DNA of 64,000 nt from Myxococcota bacterium. Lineage in GTDB: Bacteria > Myxococcota_A > UBA796 > CAJQPC01. A program made the translations under genes and the position numbers. Numbering within the stretch: position 1 is the first letter of the stretch; each line of letters starts with the position of its first letter. The notes under the pieces were generated by a model. It did no database searches. It was given only the letters and a program-made list of their open reading frames with translations, and was not told the DNA's origin. Below are positions 1 to 9,200 of this stretch, in pieces. The stretch spans positions 128,001-192,000 of the forward strand of contig JAZAMN010000024.1 in assembly GCA_036229005.1 (NCBI GenBank), read 5' to 3'.

Positions 1-7
1 GGCCACC

Positions 8-1411
8 TTGATGGCCTGCGTTTCGGAGCCGCTGCTCACCGGACTGGGGGGCGGGGGCCTGGCGATGGTCAACATGGACCGGCGCACCCAGGTGCTGGAC
101 TTCTTCGGCACCATGCCGGGGCTGGATGGGCGGGCCCACGGGCAGATGCGGGGCATCGACGTGGACTTTGGGCCGGTCACCCAGCGCTTCCTGGCGGGGC
201 CCGCGAGCGTGTGTGTGCCGGGCATGCCCCAGGGGATCTGGGAGCTGCACCAGCGGCACGGGACCCTGCCGCTCCCCCAGCTCGCCGAGCCCGCCGTGGC
301 CGCCTGCTCAGAGGGCGTCCGCGTGAGCTTCGGCACCCAGCGCAGCGCCGTGCTGCTCTGGGAGATCCTCCAGATGACCGAGCTGTCTGCCGAGCTCTTT
401 GGGCGCCCGGACGGGAAGGGCGGCCGCCGGCCGCTGATGGAGGGGGACACCTTCTACAACCCGGCGCTGGGGCCCACGCTGGAGCGGCTGGCGCACGAAG
501 GGCCCGGCTTCCTGGCCCAAGGGGAGGGCGCGGAGGCGATGCTGCGCTGCCTGGGCCAAGGCTCGGCGCTGGGGCCACGGGACCTGGCGGAGTATCGGGC
601 GCTCTGGACCGAGCCCCTGCGTCTGGACTACCGGGGCGCCCGCATCCGGGTGCCCGCCGCGCCTTGCCAGGGGGGCTTCCAGGTCTTCCACGCCCTGCAG
701 GCGCTGGGTGCGCAGCCCACCCCCGAGCCCTTCTCGGTGGCGCAGATCCAGGCCGTGAGCGCAGCCCAGCACCGCGCGGAGCAGGCGCTGCCCGCGGATC
801 TCGCGGACCACCTCTTTGGGGCGGAGTTCCCCAGAGGCTACCTGGGGTCCGGCTACACCACCCACACCTCGACGGTGGACGAGAGCGGCAACGCAGTTGC
901 CATCACGAGCTCGCTGGGGGAGACCAGTGGCTGGGTTGTGCCCGAGACCGGGATCGCGACCAACAACTTCCTCGGAGAAGCCGACGTAAACCCGCCCGGA
1001 CACCCCAGACCGGCAGGGGAGCGCCTGCTGACCATGTGCACCCCGACCCTGATCCACCGCGGAGAGGACGTCGTCGCCATGGGAGCCGGGGGCAGCTCGC
1101 GGATCCGCAGCGCCGTGCTGCACGGGATCCTGTACGCGGTGGACCACGACCTCGCGCCCGCCGAGATCCCCTCCCGCCCGCGCCTGCACATGCAGGATGG
1201 GGTGCTGCGCCTGGAGAGCTTCGAGCGGCCGGCCCAGACCGTGGCGGCCATCCAGGCGGCGGACCCTGGACTGGTGCTCTTCCCCGAGTACTCGATGTAC
1301 ATGGGCGGCCTGCACGTCGCGGGGCTTTGGCGGGGCAGGCTCTCAGCGGGCGGAGACCCCCGCCGATCGGGCAGCGCGGATGTGCTGGACGGCGCACCAG
1401 GGCAAGGCTGA
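8..1411 (+). CDS. ggt: Gamma-glutamyltransferase family protein (probably 5'-truncated by the window edge)
   Basis: GLGGGG motif near the N-terminus; TTHTSTVD..GNAVAITSSLG with the Ntn nucleophile Thr; GAGGSSRI; C-terminal GGDPRR. Confidence 0.85.
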   Translation: MMACVSEPLLTGLGGGGLAMVNMDRRTQVLDFFGTMPGLDGRAHGQMRGIDVDFGPVTQRFLAGPASVCVPGMPQGIWELHQRHGTLPLPQLAEPAVAACSEGVRVSFGTQRSAVLLWEILQMTELSAELFGRPDGKGGRRPLMEGDTFYNPALGPTLERLAHEGPGFLAQGEGAEAMLRCLGQGSALGPRDLAEYRALWTEPLRLDYRGARIRVPAAPCQGGFQVFHALQALGAQPTPEPFSVAQIQAVSAAQHRAEQALPADLADHLFGAEFPRGYLGSGYTTHTSTVDESGNAVAITSSLGETSGWVVPETGIATNNFLGEADVNPPGHPRPAGERLLTMCTPTLIHRGEDVVAMGAGGSSRIRSAVLHGILYAVDHDLAPAEIPSRPRLHMQDGVLRLESFERPAQTVAAIQAADPGLVLFPEYSMYMGGLHVAGLWRGRLSAGGDPRRSGSADVLDGAPGQG

Positions 1412-1429
1412 AGGACTACACTGAGCACG

Positions 1430-2488
1430 ATGTTGGATCTCTCGCCCCGCCTGCTCTCCGTCGCCACGGCCAACCCGCCGGAGCGCTACACCCAGGAGGA
1501 CATCGCCGAGCGCTTTGAGATCCCGGACCCGCGGGTGCGCGCGCTCTTCAAGTCGGGGCACATCCACACGCGGCACCTGTATCTGCCGCCCGCCAACGAG
1601 CATGGCGCTCCGGAAGAGTCCCAGGGCGAGCTGCTGGCCAAGCACCTGCGCGGCGCTCTGGAGATCGGCCCCCAGGCGGTGGAGCGCTGCCTTGCGCCCA
1701 TGGGCCTGGGCGTGCAGGACATCGACTACCTGTGCTGCATCACCACCACCGGCTTCATGGCCCCGGGGCTCACCGCCCACATCATGAAGCACATGGGCTT
1801 CCGCGAGGACTGCAGCCGCGCGGACATCGTCGGCATGGGATGCAACGCCGGCCTCAACGGCCTGAACCCGGTCACCGCCTGGGCCCGCGCCAACCCCGGC
1901 AAGAACGCCCTGATGCTCTGCATCGAGGTCTGCTCGGCCGCCTACGTGTTCGACGGCACCATGCGCACGGCCATCGTGAACTCGCTGTTCGGGGACGGGG
2001 CCGCCGCGGTGCTGGTGCGGGCCGATCCCGCCGACGACAAGCGCTTCGCCCCCCGGGTGCTGGGCTTCAACTCCCAGATCATCACGCCGGCGATCGGCGC
2101 CATGCGCTACGACTGGGACCAGTCCGCTGGAAAGTTCAGCTTCTTCCTGGATCGGGACATCCCCTATGTGGTGGGTGCCCACGCCGAGAAGCCCGTCGAC
2201 CGCCTGCTCGGCGCCCACGGCCTCAAGCGCCGCGACATCAGCCACTGGGTGGTGCACAGCGGCGGCAAGAAGGTGGTCGACGCCATCAAGTACAACGTGG
2301 GCCTGAGCGCCTACGACGTCCGGCACACGACCACCGTGCTGCGCGACTTTGGCAACCTGTCCAGCGGCAGCTTCCTGTTCTCCTTCAAGCGTCTGCTGGA
2401 GGAGGGCAAGGTCCGCCGCGGAGACTACGGCGTGCTGATGACCATGGGGCCCGGCTCCACCATCGAGACCGCGCTGATCCGCTGGTAG
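1430..2488 (+). CDS. dpgA: Type III PKS, 3,5-dihydroxyphenylacetyl-CoA synthase DpgA-like
   Basis: DIVGMGCNAGLN (catalytic Cys), CSAAYVFDGTMRTAIVNSLFGDG, VHSGGKKV (His), GNLSSGSFLFS (Asn), MTMGPGSTIE; these match DpgA subfamily motifs. Confidence 0.9.
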   Translation: MLDLSPRLLSVATANPPERYTQEDIAERFEIPDPRVRALFKSGHIHTRHLYLPPANEHGAPEESQGELLAKHLRGALEIGPQAVERCLAPMGLGVQDIDYLCCITTTGFMAPGLTAHIMKHMGFREDCSRADIVGMGCNAGLNGLNPVTAWARANPGKNALMLCIEVCSAAYVFDGTMRTAIVNSLFGDGAAAVLVRADPADDKRFAPRVLGFNSQIITPAIGAMRYDWDQSAGKFSFFLDRDIPYVVGAHAEKPVDRLLGAHGLKRRDISHWVVHSGGKKVVDAIKYNVGLSAYDVRHTTTVLRDFGNLSSGSFLFSFKRLLEEGKVRRGDYGVLMTMGPGSTIETALIRW

Positions 2489-2509
2489 CCCCACCCCCTG
2501 GAGTCCCCC

Positions 2510-3253
2510 ATGTACGAGACCCTGCGCTACACCGAGGCCGATGGCGTCGCCACCGTGACCCTGGCCCGCTCCGGCGGCAACCGCATCTCCATGCAGATGG
2601 TCCGGGAGCTCACCGCCGTCTGCAACCACCTGGAGGACAGCTCCCAGGCCGAGACCGTGGTGTTCCGCGGACAGGGCGCGCACTTCTGCCAGGGCATCGA
2701 CTTTCAGGACTTCGACCCCAAGGCGCCGATGGACATCCACGGCTTCAACAAGTGGGAGAAGTGCGTCACCCGCATCGAGCGCCTGCCCAAGTCCACCATC
2801 GCTCTGGTGCAGGGGCAGGCGGTGGGGGGCGGTCTGCAGCTCGCCCTGGTCTGTGATCAGCGCATCGCGGCCCACGACGCGGTCTTCCAGGCGCCCGAGG
2901 TGAAGCTGGGTTTCCTGCCCGGCATGGCCACCTTCAGGCTCTCCAAGTACGTGGGGCTCGGCATCGCGAAGCGGCTGCTGCTCACCTGCGAGGACATCTC
3001 AGCGCAGGCCGCCCTGTCCTACGGCCTGGTGGATCTGGTGGTGCACGACCTGGAGCAGGGGCTGGCCACCGCGCTCGAGCGCCTGGGCCCCAACCACAGC
3101 GTCGCCATCGCGCTGACCCGCCGCCTGCTCAACGAGAGCTACGCCACCGAGTACGAGAACGCCCTGGGGCACTTCCTGGCCGCCCAGCACCGGGCCATCT
3201 CCCAGACGGCCTTCCTGGACACCCTCAAGGCCGCCCACAAGAGCAGCGACTGA
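2510..3253 (+). CDS. dpgB: Enoyl-CoA hydratase/isomerase, DpgB-like
   Basis: Crotonase motifs FCQGIDF and AVGGGLQLALVCD; KWEK..RIERLP, PGMATFRL and ALGHFLAA resemble DpgB; lies directly after dpgA. Confidence 0.75.
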   Translation: MYETLRYTEADGVATVTLARSGGNRISMQMVRELTAVCNHLEDSSQAETVVFRGQGAHFCQGIDFQDFDPKAPMDIHGFNKWEKCVTRIERLPKSTIALVQGQAVGGGLQLALVCDQRIAAHDAVFQAPEVKLGFLPGMATFRLSKYVGLGIAKRLLLTCEDISAQAALSYGLVDLVVHDLEQGLATALERLGPNHSVAIALTRRLLNESYATEYENALGHFLAAQHRAISQTAFLDTLKAAHKSSD

Positions 3254-3256
3254 GCC

Positions 3257-3931
3257 GTGCCGGTCAAGCCCTTCACCCCCGATCCGGAGATCATGGAGCG
3301 CATCCGCCCCATGATGCACATCGACGCCGAGCCCGTGGCCCGGCTGCACCACGCCGCCATGGGCAACAGCCTGTGGGCCCAGCTCGGCGTGCCCTTCCTG
3401 GAGGCGCTCTACAAGGCGCTGATGGCCGACCGGCGCTTCATGGGCTTTGTCTACCTGGAGCAGGGGCGCGTGCGCGGCTTCATCGCCGGGAGCCTGGACA
3501 CCCAGGCCATGATGGACGCCACCTTTGCCCGCGCGAAGGTCCCGCTGGCCTTGGCCGCGGGGCCGGGGGTGCTCCGGTCACCTCGCACGATCCCCAAGCT
3601 GCTGCAGACCTTCCGGTACAAGGAGGTGTCCGGTGTTGGGGGCGAGATCCCGGGGGAGTCCCTGTTCATCTCCTTTGAGCCGGACCTGCGCGGACGCGGC
3701 GCGGCCAAGCACATCAACAAGGTGCTGTTCGACGAGCTGCTCGCCCGCGGACACCAGCGGGTGAAGATCACCACCGAGCTGGACAACGAGCCCGCCAACC
3801 GCCAGCTCCAGAGCTGGGGCTTCCAGGACAGCGGCCACTTCTCGTTCTACGGGAAGGAGATGGTCTGCTACGTGCTGGAGCTGGCGTCCAGCCCGCGGGT
3901 CGACCCGGTGAGCCGACACCCCACGGTCTGA
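3257..3931 (+). CDS. GNAT-family N-acetyltransferase
   Basis: PDLRGRGAA acetyl-CoA-binding motif A; DNEPANR...WGF motif B; 3 bp after dpgB. Confidence 0.7.
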   Translation: MPVKPFTPDPEIMERIRPMMHIDAEPVARLHHAAMGNSLWAQLGVPFLEALYKALMADRRFMGFVYLEQGRVRGFIAGSLDTQAMMDATFARAKVPLALAAGPGVLRSPRTIPKLLQTFRYKEVSGVGGEIPGESLFISFEPDLRGRGAAKHINKVLFDELLARGHQRVKITTELDNEPANRQLQSWGFQDSGHFSFYGKEMVCYVLELASSPRVDPVSRHPTV

Positions 3932-3989
3932 GGGCGTCGGCTGCTCAGGCCGGAGAGGAGGGGCTCTGGGCGGCCCCCCACGGCTGGTC

Positions 3990-4940
3990 TCACCGCGTCA
4001 GGGTCCCGGACACGGTGTACTGGGCCTCGCCGAAGCCGCTCAGGGAGGCCGTCCCGCTGCCGGTCATGACCATCTCGCCGGAGCCGTTGATGGTGCCCGT
4101 GTACTCGATGCCGGTCAGCGAGCCCACCGTCATGTTGCCCTCGAGCACGTCGTCGCTGGCGTACTCGCCGTCCTGAGTGACGGTGTCGGAGCTGGTGAGG
4201 GTGGCCCAGGTGCAGGTGTAGGTGCCGGTCAGCACGGGGACGCTGGCATCGTTGATCTCGACGCTGGCGGTGCCCACGCAGGTGTCGGTCAGGAAGTCGG
4301 TGACGGACTCCACGCTGACCTCGCCGCTCCAGACGCCCTGCCAGCCGACATCGCACTCGTTGTCGGGGGTGGCCAGGGGGTTGCCGTCGTCGCAGTCGGT
4401 GTTGTCGGTGATCCACTCGCTGGTGGTGGAGCAGCGCTGCTCGCTCACGTCCGGGTTGCCGTAGCCGTCGCCGTCGGCGTCCTGGTAGGTGGTGATGGAG
4501 GTGCTGGTGTCCACGGAGTCGTCGCCGTCGTTGACCAGGCCGTCGCAGTCCTCGTCCACGCCCAGCTCGTCGCAGACCTCGGTCGCGGCGGGGTTCACGT
4601 CGGGGTCGCTGTCGTCGCAGTCCGTGTTGTCCAGGACGTAGTCGCTCAGGGCGTCGCAGGAGTAGCGTACGCTGGCGGGGTCGCCGTAGCCGTCGGCGTC
4701 GGCGTCCGGGTAGTAGGCGTCGGCGTCGGCAGCGGACTCATCGACGTTGTCATCGCAGTCCTGGTCCAGGCCGTCGCAGGACTCGGCCGCGCCGGGGAAG
4801 ATGCTGGCGTCGTTGTCGTCGCAGTCCACGGCGTCACCGAAGCCGTCGCCGTCCAGGTCGGCGCCGCCGGTGTCGTTGCCCAGGTCGGTGGCGGTGATGT
4901 TGTCCGGGTTGCAGGCGAGCAGCAGCAGAGCGACAAGCAT
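3990..4940 (-). CDS. Lipoprotein with putative metal-binding (DCDD / DxDGDGYG) repeats
   Basis: MLVALLLLAC lipobox with GGAGG RBS; repeated DCDDxD..PGAxExCD and DADGDGYG motifs. Confidence 0.85.
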   Translation of the reverse strand: MLVALLLLACNPDNITATDLGNDTGGADLDGDGFGDAVDCDDNDASIFPGAAESCDGLDQDCDDNVDESAADADAYYPDADADGYGDPASVRYSCDALSDYVLDNTDCDDSDPDVNPAATEVCDELGVDEDCDGLVNDGDDSVDTSTSITTYQDADGDGYGNPDVSEQRCSTTSEWITDNTDCDDGNPLATPDNECDVGWQGVWSGEVSVESVTDFLTDTCVGTASVEINDASVPVLTGTYTCTWATLTSSDTVTQDGEYASDDVLEGNMTVGSLTGIEYTGTINGSGEMVMTGSGTASLSGFGEAQYTVSGTLTR

Positions 4941-5074
4941 GGGGTTCCTCCAAAGGTCCGGCATGGTGACCGGTTTTGGAGGGCTTGTCACGCGCTTTTT
5001 TCAATGCAGGGGAGCCTCCCTGTGCGCGCTCGTGTCCATGGGGTCCAGCGGCGCCCGGCTGCCGGAGAGGCGCA

Positions 5075-6220
5075 TCAACCCGCCTGTCGGAAGAGCTCTT
5101 CGGGCTCGAAGACCGCCGGCCGTCCAAAGTGGTAGCCCTGCATCAGGTGGATGCCGCAGGCCCTGAGCGCCTCCGCCTCGTTGGCGGTCTCGACGCCCTC
5201 GCCCAGGACCAGCGCGTCGGTGGCCTCGCCGAACTTGCAGAGCAGCTCCACCAGGCGCTGCTTGCGGGGGGTGGTGTCGACGCCGCGCACGATCGACATG
5301 TCGATCTTGATGTAGCGGGGCTGCAGGTCGGCCAGCACGCTGAGGCTGTTGTAGCCGGAGCCCAGGTCGTCCACGGCGATGTTGAACCCGGCCTTCTGCA
5401 TCGCGTCGATGGTGGACTCCCACCCCAGGATGTTCTGCAGGCGGCTGCGCTCGGTGATCTCGATCGCGCAGCGGTGCTCCCGGCCGCGCAGGGGTTGCAG
5501 CCCGCGCATGAGCGCCTGGGGCTCCTGGAGCTGGTCGGGGTGCAGGTTCACGAACAGCACCTGCGTGGGGTCCAGGTGGTCCAGGATCTCGCCGGCCAGG
5601 CGGTTGACCTCCTCTCCCAGGCGCATGATCATGCCGTGCCGCTCGGCGACCCGGAGCACGCTCAGAGGGCCGTCCAGCACCGGGTGCGTGGAGCGGAGCA
5701 GGGCCTCGAAGCCAAAGACCTCGTCGGTGTCCTTCGCGCTGACGATGGGCTGGATCGCCAGGCGCAGGTGTCCGCCGGTGATGCAGTCCAGCAGCATCTT
5801 GCGCTCGCCGTCCTCCACCGCGCGCTGCTGCGCCAGGCGGACCTCGGCCATGCGCCGGACGCTGGCCCACGCGTCCTCCAGCGTGCTGACCAGGGTGCGT
5901 GGGTCGAAGGGCTTGGAGATCACCCGCAGCACCTCGCCCCGGTTGACCGCGTCCACGATCATGGGGAAGTCGTGGTGCCCGGTCATCAGGGCCCGCACAC
6001 AGGCGGGCTGCTGCTCGCGGATCTGCGAGAGCACCTTGAGCCCGTCCAGGCCCGGCATCTCGTAGTCCACCAGAGCCGCGTCGAAGGCTGTCCCCTGCAG
6101 CATCCGGACGGCTTGCTCTCCCGAGTTCGCCACGCTCACCTGAAGGCCGCGATGGGCAAGCACGCGCTGGATCGCTCGCAGCACGAATTCGTCGTCGTCG
6201 ACCACCAGGACGTGGTTCAT
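5075..6220 (-). CDS. Response regulator, REC + EAL c-di-GMP phosphodiesterase
   Basis: VLVVDDD, VDYEMPGLDG and KPF (intact receiver); QPIV, FEALLR, DDLGSGYNSL, IKID, EGVE, QGYHFGRP. Confidence 0.92.
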   Translation of the reverse strand: MNHVLVVDDDEFVLRAIQRVLAHRGLQVSVANSGEQAVRMLQGTAFDAALVDYEMPGLDGLKVLSQIREQQPACVRALMTGHHDFPMIVDAVNRGEVLRVISKPFDPRTLVSTLEDAWASVRRMAEVRLAQQRAVEDGERKMLLDCITGGHLRLAIQPIVSAKDTDEVFGFEALLRSTHPVLDGPLSVLRVAERHGMIMRLGEEVNRLAGEILDHLDPTQVLFVNLHPDQLQEPQALMRGLQPLRGREHRCAIEITERSRLQNILGWESTIDAMQKAGFNIAVDDLGSGYNSLSVLADLQPRYIKIDMSIVRGVDTTPRKQRLVELLCKFGEATDALVLGEGVETANEAEALRACGIHLMQGYHFGRPAVFEPEELFRQAG

Positions 6221-6279
6221 GCCATCTCTCCTTGGGCCGCACCCTGCGTGCCCTGCAGACCTGAACGGATCAGGGCAGG

Positions 6280-9200
6280 ATGGGGTTGATGCTTTGGATC
6301 CTCTTTCTGGGGTGGCCCGCCGCCCAAGCCGCCCGGATCACGGTCGATTCCTCCGGGGCCGGTGACTACAGCACCTTGGCCGCTGCGCTCACCGCGGCCG
6401 GGCCTGGGGACTACATCGCCATCGAGCCGGGGACCTACAGCACGGGCTCCACGACCAGCGGCTGGAGCGGGGCCATCGTCGGCCTGGGCGCCTCCCCCGA
6501 AGACACCGTGCTCAGCGGCGGCACGCCCCTCTGGGTCTCCTCCGGCGACAGCCTGCGCCTGGACAACCTGCAGCTCAGCGGCAGCACCACCGCCCTCCGC
6601 AATGAGGGCACCCTGGAGGCCACCCGGGTCTTCCTGCACGCCACCGGCAGCTACGCGCTCTACAACAACGGCCAGGGGGAGCTCCGCGCCTTTCGGTCCG
6701 TGGGCGGGTGGATCTACGGGGCCAGCGGCACCCTGGAGCTGAGCCACTACAGCGCCGTGGACTCGCGGGTCTACCTGAGCAGCGGCGTCAGCGGGAGCCT
6801 GGAGCATGTCGTGAGCTGGGACTCGCCCGTCTATAGCTGCAGCCGCACCACGCCCCTGAGCTACGCCCTCTACGACAGCGCCAGCACCGCGATGCCGAGC
6901 TGCGTTGTGACCACCAGCGTCTACGCCGGCTTCGACCTGGACTGGACCGCGTTCAGCGACGACGGCGACCCCAGCAACGACGACCTGACCCCCCTGAGCA
7001 CCAGCCTGGCCATCGACGGCGGCGACCCTGGCTGCAAGGACGTCGACGGCAGCGTCTGCGATCTGGGGTTCACCGGCGGCCCCCTGGGCTCCGACACCGA
7101 CAGCGACAGCGACGGCCTCCCCGACTCCTGGGAGGTCCGCAAGGGCACCTCCACCGCCAGCGCCGATGGCGACGCGGATCCCGACGGAGACGGCCTGGAC
7201 AACCTGGGCGAGTGGCTCTTTGGCTGCGATCCCCAGAGCGCGGACAGTGACGGGGATGGGGTGGAGGATCTGAGCGAGCTGCAGTCCGGGGCCGACCCCC
7301 TGGACCCCACGGACCAGGGTCCAACCGCGGCGCTCCTGGGCCCCAGCGAGGTCAGGGTGGGCCAGACCCTGGGCGTGGACGCCTCCGGCTCCAGCGACCC
7401 CAGCGGCGACGCCCTCAGCTACCGCTTCTACCTGGCCTCCGCCCCCGCCGGCACAGCGCTCACGGACGCGGACCTCAGCGCCAGCGGCGCCAGCGCGGAG
7501 CTCGTGCCGGATCTGCCGGGCACCTGGACCATCGGCGTCGAGGTCAGCGACGCCAGCTCCAGCGACAGCGTGGAGCTGGAGATCCGGGTGCTGGCGGAGG
7601 GGAGCACTCTGCGCGTTCCGGACGACGTGGCCACGCTGGACGAGGCGCTCCCCCTGCTGGAGTCGGGGATGACCCTGGAGCTGGGCGCCGGGGACTACGC
7701 GCTCTCCGGGCAGGACCTGGTGGGGCTGCAGGGCCTCCGCATCGTGGGCGCCGGCCGCGAGCAGACCAACCTGGAGCTGACCACCTACCTGCCGGCCGCG
7801 GACCTCCAGCTCCAGGACCTGTACATCGACGCCAGCACCCAGGTCTACGGCGCGGTGCTCACCAACAGCACGTCCTCGCTGGAGCTGTACCGGGTGGACC
7901 TGGTGGCGGGGAGCTACGGGATCTACGCCAGCGCGGGGGCCGTGGTGTCCGTGCTGGACAGCAGCATCCGCGCCGACAGCCGGGCGGTGTTCGCCAACAA
8001 CCTGCAGCTCCTCGCCATCGGCCAGAGCCGGGTGGGGGGCGCGGGCGTGGGGTTGTATGTGCAGACCAGCCCCACGGTGCTGCAGGGCGTGCTCCTGGAC
8101 GCCTCGCAGGGGATCTACAGCAGCGATGTGTTCCGCGGCAGCCACCTGACCTTCATCGAAGAGACCAGCTCTTCGCTCTACGGAGTGGGGGTGCGGGCGG
8201 ATCACGTCTACCTCGGGGGGACCTCGCCGATGTCCTGTCGCTCCGACGGGCTGCTGGAGCACGTGATCGTCCGAGGGGTGGGCCAGGATCCCGTGGGCTG
8301 CGATCCCCTCTTCCTCCAATACGAGGCCGCGGGGCTGGGGAGCGGTGGGGTGCCGGAGCCCACCTCGCTGGCCTGGGATGGCGGGAGCTGGGCGCAGACG
8401 GACGCGGACGGGAGCCGGGCGGATGTGGGCTGGACCGGGGGGCCGCTGGGGCAGGCGGTGCGGCTGGAGCTGGACCCCTGGGAGGATCGGGATGGAGACA
8501 CCCTGAGCGCCCTCACCGAGCGGATCCTGGGCAGCGACGACGGCGCCCTGGACAGCGACGGGGACGGGCTCGGAGATCACGGCGAGGTGCTCAGTGGCCT
8601 GGACCCCGCCGACCCCAGCGATGGCATGCCGCGCTTTGCTCCGCGCCCGGTGCGCCTGGACGGCAGCGCGGTGTCGCTGGAGCTGAGCGCCGAAGACCCC
8701 CAGGGGGAGAAGTGCAGCCTGAGCTGGGACGACGGCGAGGAGGGCTTCCGGCGGGAGCTCCCGGCCAGCGGCGAGCCGGTCGAGGTCTTGGGCTACACCC
8801 TGCGCTGCGGGGAGGGGAGCCTGCGCGGTGAGCAGCTCGTGATCCGGGAGCAGAGCCTGCGCGTGCCCGAAGACCAGCCCACGCTGGAGGCGGCGCTGGC
8901 GATCGCCGAGGACCACCACCGGATCCTGCTGGGGGAGGGGACCTGGGCCCTGGAGGAGGGCGACCTGCGCGGGCGGCACGTGGCGATCCAGGGGCTGGGT
9001 GGGGCGGAGATCCAGGGGGAGCTGCTGCTGGATGGGCCCGCCGCTCTGCTCACGGACCTGGCCATCTCGGGGGACGTGCAGGTGCAGGGCGGCAGCCTCC
9101 AGCGGCTGGAGATCGACGGTTCACTGCGCTCCCAGAGCGCGTGGCTGCGCAACCTCCAGGTGAGCGGGGATGTGGACGGCCTGGAGCGGGCCTCGGCGGC

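Noticed and set aside
6217..8979. Long antisense ORFs (920 aa here; also 28155-31322, 25867-28179, 21438-23741, 57199-59712)
   Set aside because: Shadow ORFs opposite well-supported genes, expected in high-GC DNA with strong codon bias
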